Assembly: GCA_964187785.1 (NCBI GenBank)
Contig: OZ076409.1
Location: 39,372,001-39,436,000 of the forward strand
Direction of reading: 5' to 3'
Length of the DNA stretch: 64,000 nt
Source of the DNA: Amphiscolops sp. MND2022
Lineage: Eukaryota
Shown here: piece by piece, positions 13,796-26,413 of the stretch
Layout: every line of letters starts with the position of its first letter
Position numbering within the stretch: the stretch's first letter is position 1
Notes under the pieces: generated by a model
The model's database searches: none
What the model saw: only the letters and a program-made list of their open reading frames with translations
Told to the model about the DNA's origin: nothing
Translations under genes and position numbers: made by a program

Positions 13796-14059
13796 AGATT
13801 TTCTTAGACAAAATCTGGCTTCAGTCACCTCAGTTTTGTCAATTTAATATTGACTCAAGTGAGACAGCTAGATAGATCCGGGGTCTCATTTTTTAAACAG
13901 TTTTCGGGAGTGAATCTATGCAAACGATTATACAGATATAAGAATTGCTTATTGGTATACAAATATACCGAATTTTGACCTTCATTTTATTCTTTAAGGT
14001 TGTGTAAAGCTTCATGCAACCTTCGATGAATGTAATTAGTGCCAAACATCATTTAGTGC

Positions 14060-15891
14060 CAGGGCTGTTAAAAAATAATTAGTAATGCAATTGTATTGGT
14101 ACCTATTATTGTGGAAGACACAAAATCAACAAAAAATATTATTGTAAAATCTGTCAATGGCCAGCCAATCAGATATCAGATGACGCAATAGATGGCGGCG
14201 TTCTGATAGCTACATCACTGGTTGATTGTGTTGCAGATAGACATGCCGCTAAGCAGTAAGTCCTTGTACGATTTTTTTCCAACCCGTCGCCGAAACGGTT
14301 CATCATCATCAGTGTCGAAAGTGCAATAAAGTTCAAAAACAAAACCTGGCGCATGGCTACGCCAACTTGATCGGCAATTTACGCGACGAGCTTGCAAATT
14401 ACGGAGAACAGGCGAGAGTGGGTGCCTGAAACGAATTCCAGTGTACATTTACAGTCACGAAGAAAGCGTCCAACATATTTTCGTGGCTACGTTGGATTAC
14501 CCTAAAGAGACTGCCGTTTCCGTTGATTGAGAAAAATTTAACTGCTGAATACACAAATTTGAAACCTATTATTCGGCAGACATTCGTTACATACTTGGAG
14601 AAGTTAACACCGTTAGTTGAAAGACAGATAGCAGCTAATCTACCAGATAAGTTCGGTCTTGTTTTCGATGGTTGGACAGATTTTTGCACGTCAACACACT
14701 ATTTCGCCATCTTTGCGTGTTACGCGAAACTGCGTTGCTGGCATATTCTCCTCTTGGTGATGAGGAAAAATATGACGCCTCTACTCATGCACAATTTTTT
14801 GAAGATACTCTTGATTCGTATCAGAAATCCATGGCAAATGTTGCTTTTTTCGTGGCGGATAACGAAAATCTGAACAAGGCACTCGCCAACATTCACAGTA
14901 TGCCTCTATTTGGATGCCACTCGCTCAGACTGAACCTCGCATAAAAGAAATTTTCAGAACCAACTGAGCCAACTCTTCAAAATATTAACCAGCTTATTAA
15001 AAAAACTCGGTTTCTGCAAATACTCAGCAGCACTGCGGAAAAAGACTCATCTACGGCGCGAAAAGCGAAATGATACCAGGTGGTCATCTACATTTCAAAT
15101 GATTTCCAAATTTTTTGAGCTGAACTCTTATAACGATAGAGCTGATTTTGACCTGGTTTCTTTGGTACCAAATGCACCTGAAGAGCTAGATTTGACCGAC
15201 CAATGTGTTTGATGAACTTAAGAAATTTGAGTCTGTGTCCAAAGAGCTGCAGAAAGATACGTGAAATAAAATGATTTCACGCCTCTTGTTTGACGAACTT
15301 CTACAATTTCATCCAAATCTCCAACATTATTTAAGCAGAGACGGTGAAATTGTTCACTCTCCGGTATTCGAACTGCTATAAGCAAATACCAAGGCAAAGA
15401 ATGTGTTTCTCCAGCTGAGCGAAGCTTACTTCAGGAAAGATTCGCCCCAAATTCCCAAACATTCTCTGATTCCGAAGCAAGTACTTTTTTTGCAGAACGA
15501 ATTTTGGCTGCGAAAGTTCCAAAATTTACCGACTGAGAATTTGGAGTTTCGTCCTGGATTCCAACGACCTCAAATGTTGCCGAGCGTTTTTTCAGTCAGG
15601 CGAAAAACTATCTCAACTCATATCGGAAGTCAATTTTGCCTATGCATCTTGAGTGTCAGCTTTTTCTCATGGCAAATGAGAAGTTTTGGGATGTAAATTT
15701 GGTTAACAAAAATGTTTAATTTGATAGCTTTTGCGTATTTAGAAGGTTTATAGTTTAACAATTTTGTTTTACAGATTATTAGCAATATGTTGCAATTATT
15801 GCAATTATTGTGGAGGACCGCTTTTTCTCCAACAATATATTATTTCCGAAGAAATATTATATTGCAAAACAATAAATATTTAACAGCCCTG
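14060..15891 (+). mobile_element. hAT DNA transposon, decayed autonomous copy, in an innexin A intron
   Basis: TIR cagggctgttaa / ttaacagccctg; 8-bp TSD tttagtgc versus cttagtgc (7/8); transposase remnants inside. Confidence 0.9.
14350..15720 (+). pseudogene. hAT transposase pseudogene
   Basis: Motifs FDGWT, VADNEN, GCHSLRLNLA, DTRWSSTFQM and WIPTTSNVAERFFSQAK in correct order, across frameshifts. Confidence 0.88.
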
Positions 15892-16005
15892 CTTAGTGCT
15901 CTTATGCGAGAAAGTGAAATGAAGTGAGCGCTTGTGTGTACAAATCCTCTTTTAACTACACGGTCTGTTCTTATATTTGACTTCTTGAAAAAGAGTATTA
16001 CATAC

Positions 16006-16103
16006 CAAAACTTTGAAGGATTATCAACGTAACAGAACTAAGAATGAAAATAAATGGCGTGAAAACATAACTCAAGCGATCTACCCAGTCGCCAAAGTGA
16101 GAA
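16006..16103 (-). CDS. Innexin A exon (TM1); the upstream start exon was not located
   Basis: Acceptor cttacAG, donor GTatgt. Reads SHFGDWVDRLSYVFTPFIFILSSVTLIILQSF(G), the innexin D..DRL.Y..T motif; its phase-1 end joins the exon at 7946. Confidence 0.87.
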
Positions 16104-16803
16104 CTGTAAGAAAAGGTTACACAACTCGGAATCATGATTTTCAATTTGAACAGTTATTGAAAAACTGAGAATAGACTATAGCTCCGGTATCATAACATTT
16201 TCCGGCAGAAAAAGTATGTTATTAGCAGTTACTGACTGAACAACATTTCGTCGCCAAAAAAAGCAAAATCAGTGATCGCGAACGATTGCAACTCTCTGAG
16301 GGATTTTGGAAAATTGTGAAAATATCACTACATATGGCTCAGAATACCCCATTATTGAAAAAATATATGTGTCCTGCAAAACGTCGACTTGCCGATAATG
16401 GGATTGCTATTTTATTTTTCCCAATAGGTTCTTTATGCCAGATATTTTGTAAAATTGCGATTATTTCCAAAAAAGATATTGCCTCAACGTGTAGCGTCTT
16501 TTTACAGGTTCAACATTGTGGTATAGTCAGTCAAGACTAATTAGAAAGAAACTCTCATGACCTTAACCGGTAGCAGATGTTTATAGAGATGTCTATAGAT
16601 GTCTATTACAAAAGTTAGAAAAGGTAAATTTCGACAAAATTTCATCAAATTTGCATTTTGTATCGAGTTTCACAAAGTTGAAATAAATTCAGACAATCAT
16701 TTGCACCCAAATCGTTTGAGAATGCTGATATGATTTGATTAAGAAACTTTTTCGAACTCAAATAAAAAATATGAATTTTCTAATTGTTTTTCTAAGTTTT
16801 ATT

Positions 16804-17950
16804 GGTACTCCTGACTAAGTGTGGTCCCAAGCGATTTCTCCTTACTAAGTGTGGTCCCTATTGTAACGTCATCCTGTAATCAACGAATTTTTGACGATTT
16901 TGGAAAATTCGTTCGAAACTGACGTGGCACTCGAACATGATTTTGCAAAATACCTGTCAGCAGAAATCATAGAGAGACAGCAAGAGAAGTCCCCCGCGAA
17001 GGAGAGAACAAAAAAAGAACGCGTGTCAAACCACGAACTGGTGAAAAAACATACAGCAAATGTGCCAGTATCCACGGTGTTTGCCTGCTGAATCCCGATT
17101 TTGCAGGACTGACCTGGAAAGCAGCATGACGGCCTAATTGCAGTATCCGTGCCCAGGGGTTGTGCCCAGCTCGACCGCTGGTGCCATGCCGCCTGGAAGC
17201 CCACGCACTTCGCCAAACTGGACTTTATTATAGTAATTAACGTATTTGCTTGATGAATTATTAGCTCGAGGGCTATCCTTACAATGTGCTTTCACGCAGA
17301 TTCCCAATGGTGAAATTCAGTTTTACACTACCTTGTCATTTCTATGAACCATCTACACGGTAGTTGTGAGAGAAAAGCGCAATTCCTGTGATTTTTAGCA
17401 AATACAGACTGGTATCAGGTCAGAGAGCATCCATTAAGACGGTTCCACCTCCTCGGGACTGCCCATCCGTAGGAGGACAAATTGAACTGGTGTTACGGTG
17501 GTTTTTCCCGGACCATATCCATGGTACCAGTTCCTCCACTCTAATGTCTCGTCACAAACGCTCAGCGCTTGCCGTTACATATAATGTAAGTGTTGTTCCT
17601 GCATATTTTGTCGGAATAATTATTAAAACGTAGTCAGCTATGTTCAAATGCAGGAACGAAGCGAAGCGGAGCGACGTGCCATATGGCCATGCCTCAATAT
17701 TGCGACCTGGCGAAAGGAGCAAAGCGACCGAATCATACAACAAATATACTAACCTCTTCAAATAAATCAAGGTCCATGCATATTGGTTGCAACAGCACTA
17801 AAAGGTAGTAATTTGAATTCTGCTGTTTTGAACTACATGTAATGTTTGCTTTACGTTGGCTATTCTAGATTTGCTAGGCACCACACTTAGTCAGGAGTTT
17901 TCAGGCCGGCTGAATAAGATTTGTAGGGACCACACTTAGTCAGGAGTACC
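16804..17950. mobile_element. Second, inverted member of the ggtactcctgactaag TIR MITE family, interrupted by a solo LTR
   Basis: Same TIRs as 13356-13795; the internal sequence is homologous in reverse orientation. Confidence 0.82.
16862..17579 (+). repeat. Solo LTR (same family as LTR 34660-35360)
   Basis: TGTAACG...CGTTACA termini; colinear similarity to 34660-35360; no clean TSD seen. Confidence 0.82.
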
Positions 17951-18030
17951 GAAAATCTTATTTAATTAAAATCATTCTAAATAAGAATTTCTGGAACCGC
18001 TTTTTCGATAGTAAGAGAATAGGGACTAGC
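17951..18030 (-). repeat. 80-bp inverted duplicate of 13276-13355
   Basis: The reverse complement matches gctagtccctattctc...taagattttc, apparently exactly. Confidence 0.9.
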
Positions 18031-18240
18031 GGACTCAACAGTTTGTGGACGATGCAGGTTCTCTGCATGGCAAGAAGCAAGACCTCATGGTTGCCCAATC
18101 AGCAAGAGATGACAGTGCCACTGGACCGTTGCAACATCACCAGTTTGAGACCCCAGTGGATTGCACTCATGATGTGGCGATGTATTCAATGCCAGCCTCT
18201 CCGCATGACAGGGACGTCATGCAAAAAGCCTGGGGAGTGA

Positions 18241-19012
18241 TGTAACGGCAAGCTCTGGTACAGCAATATCAACCGATTTTGCAACTTTGACATGTTCAGA
18301 AATTTTGTCAAAAATTCTAATCCGATGTGTGACGTGGCACTGAACATGTGATTGCTCTTTTCGCTGTTTCCACGAAATTGGCAGGTACTTCGACAACAAA
18401 GAGCAAGAACGAGCAAAAACACGGGCGCGCCGCCATGACAGAAGCCAGAGACGGCAAGAACATCCAAAAATAGACTCTTTTTGAGGTGCTAACACCGGTT
18501 TTATCGATTTTCAGCATTATGCTACCCTATGTAGCGGAAACCGTAAAAATGAGTCTTTTCGCCTAAAGATCCTTGTTTGGTGCTTGGAGCCCCTGCGCCC
18601 CAGCTTTTTAGCTGTGTGGTTTGCCATATTCGTGCCTGTTTTCATGTATTTTCAGTGATTTTGGCTGTATTCAGTAGCGCTAGCGCTAGTTTAGATCTTA
18701 TTCCCCAATTTTAGATCTTATTCACATGTCACCCTGGAACTGGAAATTTACCTCATTCTTGGCATTGTTTTTATATGCTAGTTAAGCGGTGGTCTTTAGA
18801 GAGTCAGAAAGATGCCGTTACTATTAGCAATCAAAGACTGGGACCGGTTGGACAGTATTCGTCGAAGCACCCGCGGCCCCGGGACGTATTTCACCCCTGG
18901 AGGCAAAATGGATCTGTGGCGATGGGCGCCTGTCCCGAGCGATTCACCCATTCCTGCAGGTTCCTCCACCTCTGTTAACGCGTTAAGCGACCGATAATTG
19001 CTTGCCGTTACA
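18241..19012 (+). repeat. LTR (left copy), preceded by a ~205-bp copy of the element's 3' internal end
   Basis: TGTAACGG...CCGTTACA; 18035-19012 is a direct repeat of 25118-26086. Confidence 0.92.
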
Positions 19013-19027
19013 TGAGACCTCATTTTT

Positions 19028-19044
19028 TGGCGACCACAGAGGGA
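19028..19044 (+). promoter_or_regulatory. PBS, tRNA-Arg-like (TGGCGACCACAGAGGGA)
   Basis: An identical 17-mer occurs on the minus strand at 52960-52976 next to another LTR. Confidence 0.75.
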
Positions 19045-22000
19045 TTGCTTCCGATTACTGCCCTATTATATGGTTTTGAAATTTCTGACCCCCTGGTATT
19101 GGACGCCAAGAACGATTGGACTCTGGAAGGAGACGTTTACCCAGAGTTTTTCCAAGTTTTTTGGATGTTATGACGTTGTATTTTGGTGTTTTTCCAGTCT
19201 TTCGGGGGATTTTTCCGAATACCTATGGTATGTTTTTATAACAGGTATTTGTTGACAGGTATCGTCTAAAATTGCACGTTCCCATCAGCGGGTACCTTTG
19301 TAATGGCTTAGCGAACCGCTAGAAAGCCGTTACGCGTGTTGTAACAGGTGTTTTACAGCTCATTTCAGCGTTTTTGGCTATGTACGAGGTATTCAGTTGA
19401 TGGATGCGCCATGTTCCATCTGACCGATAGATGAGCTGAAACGAGTGTTCCCGACTCTCCTTTCCCATTTTTCGTGGAGACGTGCTAGAAGCATGGTTTT
19501 TGGTGGAAAACTAGACCAAACATTGACGTTGCCGACGGTTTAAACCGTTTCTCTCTGGCTGGTCTGGTTGTTGAGAAAAAAGACGGCGAAGGTACCACCC
19601 CTCATTCCGCAAGAATCGGTTTTTTGGAGTATGATATGAAAAAAATTTTAGATTGTGTATTTTTTGACGGGGAATCATTTGTGCACGCTAGTTTTACCCT
19701 GTTGCAACTAAGTGTGTGCTTTTGCACTAGTTTTCAGTGAAAAAAGTGCGATTTTTAGTGCAAAAGTCGCAAAAACGTGATTTTTGGCATTTTTGAGTAC
19801 TTTTCTTGGTACGAGCGCGAGCGCTCAAAGTATTAGCCACAGCAGTTGCAAAAATGAATAGAGAGCAGCCCAAAACCTTGAGGGTTATGCTACATATTGG
19901 AACGACAACCAGAGAGGCCGTTGGAGACCTTTTTGAGACACATTTTGCATGAAAAAACCCGGTTTTTGGCGAAATTGGCAAAAAGCACTACGATATACCG
20001 CTGGGAGAGTACTGGATTGTGATGTAATTGCCTCTTCCGTGCTGCCATTAGTTTGGGGCACATTCCACAATACCGAAAATAGGATTTAAGAGAGCTTGTA
20101 ACGTTTTCTTGGTGAGAAGAGGTCGAAAAACCTTGATTTTTGGCCAGTTTCAGGAGTGCCAGAGTGCATCATTAAAACCTCTGGGGCACTCAGTGTTTTC
20201 GAGACCTGGGAGCCCGCGCGCACTCATTTTCTGTTTTTGTAGTAAAAATAACGCATTGTGGTGAAAACTGCGTGCAAAAATTCCTTTTCAGTGCTGAGAA
20301 AAGTTGAAAAACCTTGATTTTTAGTCAGTTTCAGGAGTGTCTGAGTACACAATTAAAACCCCATGGGCACTCTGTCTTTTTGTTAGCTAGGAGCTTCCGC
20401 GCTCTAATTTTCTGTTTTTATAATAAAAATAACGCGTGGTGGTGAAATTCGCGTGTAAAAACTCCCATTCAGTGCTGAGAAAAGTGGAAAAACGCATTGA
20501 ATTTGATCAATTTTCCACTAAACCGGGACTGTCTCTGAGCTAGGGTCGGGTCATCGATTCCTGAACTCTAGCCAATAAGTGGTTGCATTTTCGTAACCAC
20601 AAAAATTAACGTTAGTGCTGAAAATTTGGTGAGCGTATCGGTCACCAAAGTCGAGAAAAGCTCTCTGACGTTTTGACTTCGGAGAAGGGAAAAAAGCCGA
20701 AAAAATCCAAAACTGCAGGACTGCCAGTGCCGTATACCCAACGGACACAACCAATTGAGGGTTTATCCCAGTGCTACGGATAGTGGGGCAACACGTTGGT
20801 CCCATTTTGCCCGCCGTATCACTTTCTGAGGTGATCCTCTTGGTCAATTTGTGAAAAAAGTTGTCAAAAACAGTGTTTTTTCGTGTACAACGTACATAGT
20901 AGGTCGAAACCCCAAATAAGCGCTCGCGCTTCAATTCGACTTTATCAGTGGCATTGTAGGTGCCCACTGGCACAAACTACTAAGTTTGGTGCCGATCTGT
21001 GTGGTACTTGTTGAGAAAATAGGAAAAACGCGGCGCCCAAAAAAGTGCGCAAAAAGGCAGTTTTTTCTTAATTTTTCCAAGTAACCCGGGTACCTCAGCC
21101 GAAGGGTGGGGCTATATTGCAGCCCACCATTGTAACTTGTGCTAGTTTCCACGTTGCTGCGGAGAATTTCAGCTTGCTAGCTCTTTCCAGTGGACCGCAA
21201 TCTTGAAAAAAACGTAAAAAACAGTGCATTTCGGTGCATAGTGATACCGCACGTCTGTACCTAAGTGAAACTATGTAGAAGGAGCGCAGCTGTGTTCATT
21301 TTCGTAAACCTACGTGTACCTAAGATCTGCTTGTCAATTTTGGGCTTGATATCGCGCTTCCAGCGCACACACGAGGCTCTTGAGTGTTGTTGTGCGATTT
21401 TTGGAAAATCCCAAAATTCTCTGAAATCCTTCCTGTGAGCAACTGGAGACTTTTTGTCCTAAACCAGGTTGATTTTCTGGCCCAGTGTGCTTGTGGAAAA
21501 GCGCTGTGCAAAATTCAACAGCCTACGAGCCTTCGAACGTGTTTTGAAAAATCTTGGACGTTGAAAAACATCAATTTTCTTAAGTCCTCACCGAGACGAG
21601 CAGAGGTCCAAATCCTTGAGAAGACCCCCTGCAAGCCTACCACCGTCTATTTCACTACTCTATCAGCGTGGTTGGAGCCTACTGACAGCGTCTGCCAAGT
21701 TTGGTGTCAATTGCTACTATATCTGTTGAGAAATTGACTAAAACAAACTGCACAAGAAGGTGCGCAAGAAGTCGAATTCTACGAAGTCTTGTGGGATTAC
21801 CTGAACACCTTATTCAAAGAGTGGGGCCAAATTGCTGCCCACCATCGTAACCAGTGCAAGTTTATCATATTGTTGCCGAAAAAACGAGCGTGAGCGCTCT
21901 TTGCAGTTCGCCAGAATCTGGGTTGACACGTGAAAAGCAGTACATCTTGGAACAGTGATACCGAACGCCTGTACTGTGTTGAATTTTCACCTAGTCACCT

Positions 22001-23198
22001 CAGCACAAATCAGCTATTACTCCCTTGTACCTCAACTTACGTGGAATTGTGTGGTTGATTTTGAAGTCGATCCTGCGTTTCTAGCGTTTGCGCTAGCCCC
22101 TGGAGTTTTTTTCAAGTGAAGCTAAAAAACCCAAAAAGTAACTGAAAAAACTCTGACCTGTGACTGGATCCTAATACCCCGATTCTGGACTCATTTTTTG
22201 GGTCAGTGCATCAATCCTGAAGTGGTGTATACCTTCCAGCACGCTACAACCCTCGGAACTAGTTTTGACTCTTCTTGGACGTGCATGGTCATTGTATCAG
22301 TTTAAGGTTTCACCGAGACGAAAACTGGAGAAGTGGGAAAAAAGCCAGTTCTACGTGTTGGAAAGCTGTTGAAACCCCTATTTTGAACTCCCAGCAGTTA
22401 GTTCATTGCTGTGCGTGTGATATTTGATCCGTATCGAGTGGGCTGCCCTACTGGATCATAGCATTTTGTTACTTGAAGTCGTGATATCCTGTGTATTGTA
22501 ACGAGTTGGATCATTTTTTCGGAATTGTCGGCGCACCTTATTGGGAAGTTGGGATTACATTGCCCTGGACTATTCTTATTAGTGTCAATTGGTGCACCGT
22601 TGCTGAAAAAGTGAGCTCGAGAACTCAGCACTGTGGACGAGAGTCTTTGATTGCATGTGAAAATTAGTGTCAATCGAAACACGGTGATACGGAACGTCCG
22701 TACCAGATCTAAATCTCGCCCAGTGGTCTGAATTCTCATTGGTTGTTACTGTAAAGTAGCTGGCTATACATGTGATCGCGTGACCAATTTTGAGCCCGAT
22801 ACCACGTTTCCAGCACTTGTAAAAGCCATCTGAGTGATTTTCGAAAAAAGTTGAAAAATCCTAAAATAGTTGAAAAAGGCTCTAGCTTGAAGCTGGAGGC
22901 AATCATCAGCTACGGAAGGTTACTTTTCTGACTTGTGTGGCTGACGAAACGTGCTGTGTCATTTTTTACCCAGTACGATTGGTAAAACTGAATTTGACTT
23001 TGTTCAGACACACGTTTTGAACGAAAATCCCAAGAAGCCATCAAAAAACTATCATTGTAAATCCTCAATACTTCCGCTGTACAGTAGGCGGACCCAAAAA
23101 GCCTTCATTTTCCAACAGAAGGGACCCAGTAGTTCTTCCTGGGTGCAAACGAGGCAAATCCCACGGTTCAAAAAAATTGCCGGCAGGGGTCATAAATT

Positions 23199-24179
23199 AT
23201 GGACTCCTCTAGGACTTCGAAATTAGGTCCCGAACAGTTCAAGTCAGCAGTGTTGCGTGTCTGGGACGCACTCTCGACTACGGGACTCTGGATGGATGAG
23301 ATATCAGACTTTTTGGAACAAAGCACGCTTTGCCAGGAGAAACTGCTAGCGCGAGCGCTAGCACAAATGCAGATCAATATTTCAGACGCCGTCGAATCAG
23401 AACCATTGACACCGCCAACAAAAGACATGGGGGTGGACCCAATATCTTTGGACACCACAACCATATGGATTGCTTTGTGTATTGCTGAGACTTTGGCTGA
23501 ATATCACGCCGATGATAATGGGTTGCGCGAGCGCAACCTCCACTCAACTGATACGAAGAATGAACGAATATCAATCTCACCCTCCACTTCCTTATCGCAA
23601 GATTCTGTAAGCAACTCTCACTTCCCTGGAACAAAGTCCCTAATATCAACTACGAAGTTGCTACCGAATTTGCGGAAAGACTCCTTTGAGCCACATTCTG
23701 CTAAACGTGGGCTACAGGATTTTATTCAGGTGGACCCGCCAGTCTTCATCAATTGGTTGCCTGGTGGTTCAGCTAAAACTCGACCAACTGGTCATAGACG
23801 TGGTCGACCACCCCGCACAGACTGTGAGCACTCATGGAAAAAAGTTCTGTTGTCCCTTTACGATGGACGTCGCCGTGGCCGTCCACCACGCCAAGTTCTA
23901 CCATGGTCGCTTCGACCGAAGGGACATAGGCGTGGCCGTCCTCCGAACAACTATTCCAGTCTTGAGACAGACCCAGTCTCCAAGATTTTCTTTATCGGAT
24001 TTCCTGATGCTTCATGCTTGTTGCATGTCCTGCTGCTATTGGATGGTGATGTCTATCCAGTCCAAACCACACTCCACTTCTTTTCAAAGGGGGAGGAGGT
24101 GTCGTCAACGCCTAATCTTTCCTGCTGCATTTTTATGTCAGGCATTCAATTTTGTCCATTCCTCACTATCCTCATGTGA
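23199..24179 (+). CDS. 326-aa ORF with three AT-hook-like RRGRPP motifs, inside the non-autonomous LTR element
   Basis: ATG-initiated ORF containing GHRRGRPPR, GRRRGRPPR and GHRRGRPPN. Confidence 0.55.
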   Translation: MDSSRTSKLGPEQFKSAVLRVWDALSTTGLWMDEISDFLEQSTLCQEKLLARALAQMQINISDAVESEPLTPPTKDMGVDPISLDTTTIWIALCIAETLAEYHADDNGLRERNLHSTDTKNERISISPSTSLSQDSVSNSHFPGTKSLISTTKLLPNLRKDSFEPHSAKRGLQDFIQVDPPVFINWLPGGSAKTRPTGHRRGRPPRTDCEHSWKKVLLSLYDGRRRGRPPRQVLPWSLRPKGHRRGRPPNNYSSLETDPVSKIFFIGFPDASCLLHVLLLLDGDVYPVQTTLHFFSKGEEVSSTPNLSCCIFMSGIQFCPFLTILM

Positions 24180-25323
24180 AAGAGGGTGCTCAACGACTAA
24201 GGCCCGGGGAGTCAACTAAGGCCCGGGGAGCCTCAGTTGAAGACAAACACCCCTACACTCATCAACTCAATTGGATAACGCCCGGAGGATATCACTACGT
24301 TTGGTAATGGATACCTTGCAGCGTGATGTTCTTGTTGGAGCAGTTTTTTGTGCAACTTTGTTTCGTAATTTTAGTAGTCATGTAAACGTACGTCGCGACA
24401 TTTTTGTTTTAGTTTTATTTAGAATGTTTGAATTCAAATACTTCTGTTAATTCAATAAGTAACACAGAAACTTTAAAAAAAACTCTACATGTATATCTTC
24501 ACCCGAAAGGTGCTATTTTTGTTTTTTTTTCAAGATTTCTAGAAGTTTCCTCCAGATTCCAACGTGATATCCGAAACAAATAAGGAGCGCGCGCGCTCCT
24601 GATCTGCAAATAGCAAGATTTGATCTACCTTTGTCTGCTTTACTCCAGCGCTTATGCTTATGAGCAGTTCGTAGGTTGCTTCTGATGCGCTCCTTGACAG
24701 ATGCTACTGAACTCTCTCCAGGTATGGAGCTGCACATCAGTGCGTGTTGCCCAAACTAAGCCGAACTGTAATAAAAAAGTATCGAAGAAACAGCTTGTCT
24801 TCCTTTCAAACAGTGGTTTTACTGCTGAAAAGAAGTTTTAGCGAAAAGAACTTTTAACTGTGCTGCAAACTGAAATTTTATTGCCGTGGAAAAGATGTTT
24901 TGCTGAGAACCACGTGCGCTTTGGAGCGTGAGCGCTCCGTAAAAGAAATTTTAGACGTCCAAAAACCAAAGTGCTAGCAGGATCCTATTCAGACTTTTGC
25001 AGAAAACTCGTGCTGAAAAAGTGGTGCTTTTTTGATTGATGTATGGAATCTTAGATTTGATCAATTTCAAGATGCATTTTTGAGTACTGGTTTTCTAGCT
25101 CTCGAGCTAGCTCTGTTTCAACAGTTTGTTGACGATGCAGGTTCTCTGGATGGCAAGAAGCAAGACCTCATGGTTGCCCAATCAGCAAGAGATGACAGTG
25201 CCACTGGACCGTTGCAACATCACCAGTTTGAGACCCCAGTGGATTGCACTCATGATGTGGCGATGTATTCAATGCCAGCCTCTCCGCATGACAGGGACGT
25301 CATGCATAAAGCCTGGGGAGTGA

Positions 25324-26086
25324 TGTAACGGCGAGCTCTGGTAAACCGATTTTGCAACTTTGACATGTTCAGAAATTTTGTCAAAAATTCTAATCCGATG
25401 TGTGACGTGGCACTGAGCATGTGATTGCTCTTTTCGCTGGTTCCACGAAATTGGCAGGTACTTCGACAACAAAGAGCAAGAACGAGCAAAAACACGGGCG
25501 CGCCGCCATGACAGAAGCCAGAAACGGCAAGAACATCCGAAAATAGACTCTTTTTGAGGTGCTAACACCGGTTTTATCGATTTTCAGCATTATGCTACCC
25601 TATGTAGCGGAAACCGTAAAAATGAGTCTTTTCGCCTAAAGATCCTTGTTTGGTGCTTGGAGCCCCTGCGCCCCAGCTTTTTAGCTGTGTGGTTTGCCAT
25701 ATTCGTGCCTGTTTTCATGTATTTTCAGTGATTTTGGCTGTATTCAGTAGCGCTAGCGCTAGTTTAGATCTTATTCCCCAATTTTAGATCTTATTCACAT
25801 GTCACGCTGGAACTGGAAATTTACCTTATTCTTGGCATTGTTTTTATATGCTAGTTAAGCGGTGGTCTTTAGAGAGTCAGAAAGATGCCCGTTACTATTA
25901 GCAATCAAAGACTGGGACCGGTTGGACAGTATTCGTCGAAGCACCCGCGGCCCCGGGACGTATTTCACCCCTGGAGGCAAAATGGATCTGTGGCGATGGG
26001 CGCCTGTCCCGAGCGATTCACCCATTCCTGCAGGTTCCTCCACCTCTGTTAACGCGTTAAGCGACCGATAACTGCTTGCCGTTACA
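25324..26086 (+). repeat. LTR (right copy)
   Basis: TG...CA termini, immediately preceded by the PPT; matches 18241-19012. Confidence 0.92.
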
Positions 26087-26413
26087 TTCTATTATCGAAA
26101 CCTAGTTACGGGAAAAGACTGGTTTTACCTCAATCGCCTGGGGTTGGCAAATGGTAGCGTTCATAAAGGAGAGTTTGTTTTAAAGCTCCTTAATCTTTTA
26201 GATGTAGGGACTGCTCGTAATGAAACCACACATTAGTTTTTATTCGGTGCATTTTCCTTTGAAGGGAAAATGCCGGCTCTTACAGTGACCATTTTTTTCT
26301 CCAGACCACATACCTCACACTAAAAGGTCCACTTTTTACAGAAACTACCAAAACTACTGAGGCCAAGTCCGGTCAGTGGAAACTACTGCAAAAGTTCCCC
26401 ATTTCATTTATTT

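Larger units (their letters stand above)
18241..26086 (+). mobile_element. Non-autonomous LTR retrotransposon (LARD-like) lacking recognisable gag/RT/IN
   Basis: Near-identical LTRs 18241-19012 and 25324-26086, PBS at 19028, PPT cctggggagtga. The internal non-coding region is homologous to ~29200-30300. Confidence 0.85.
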
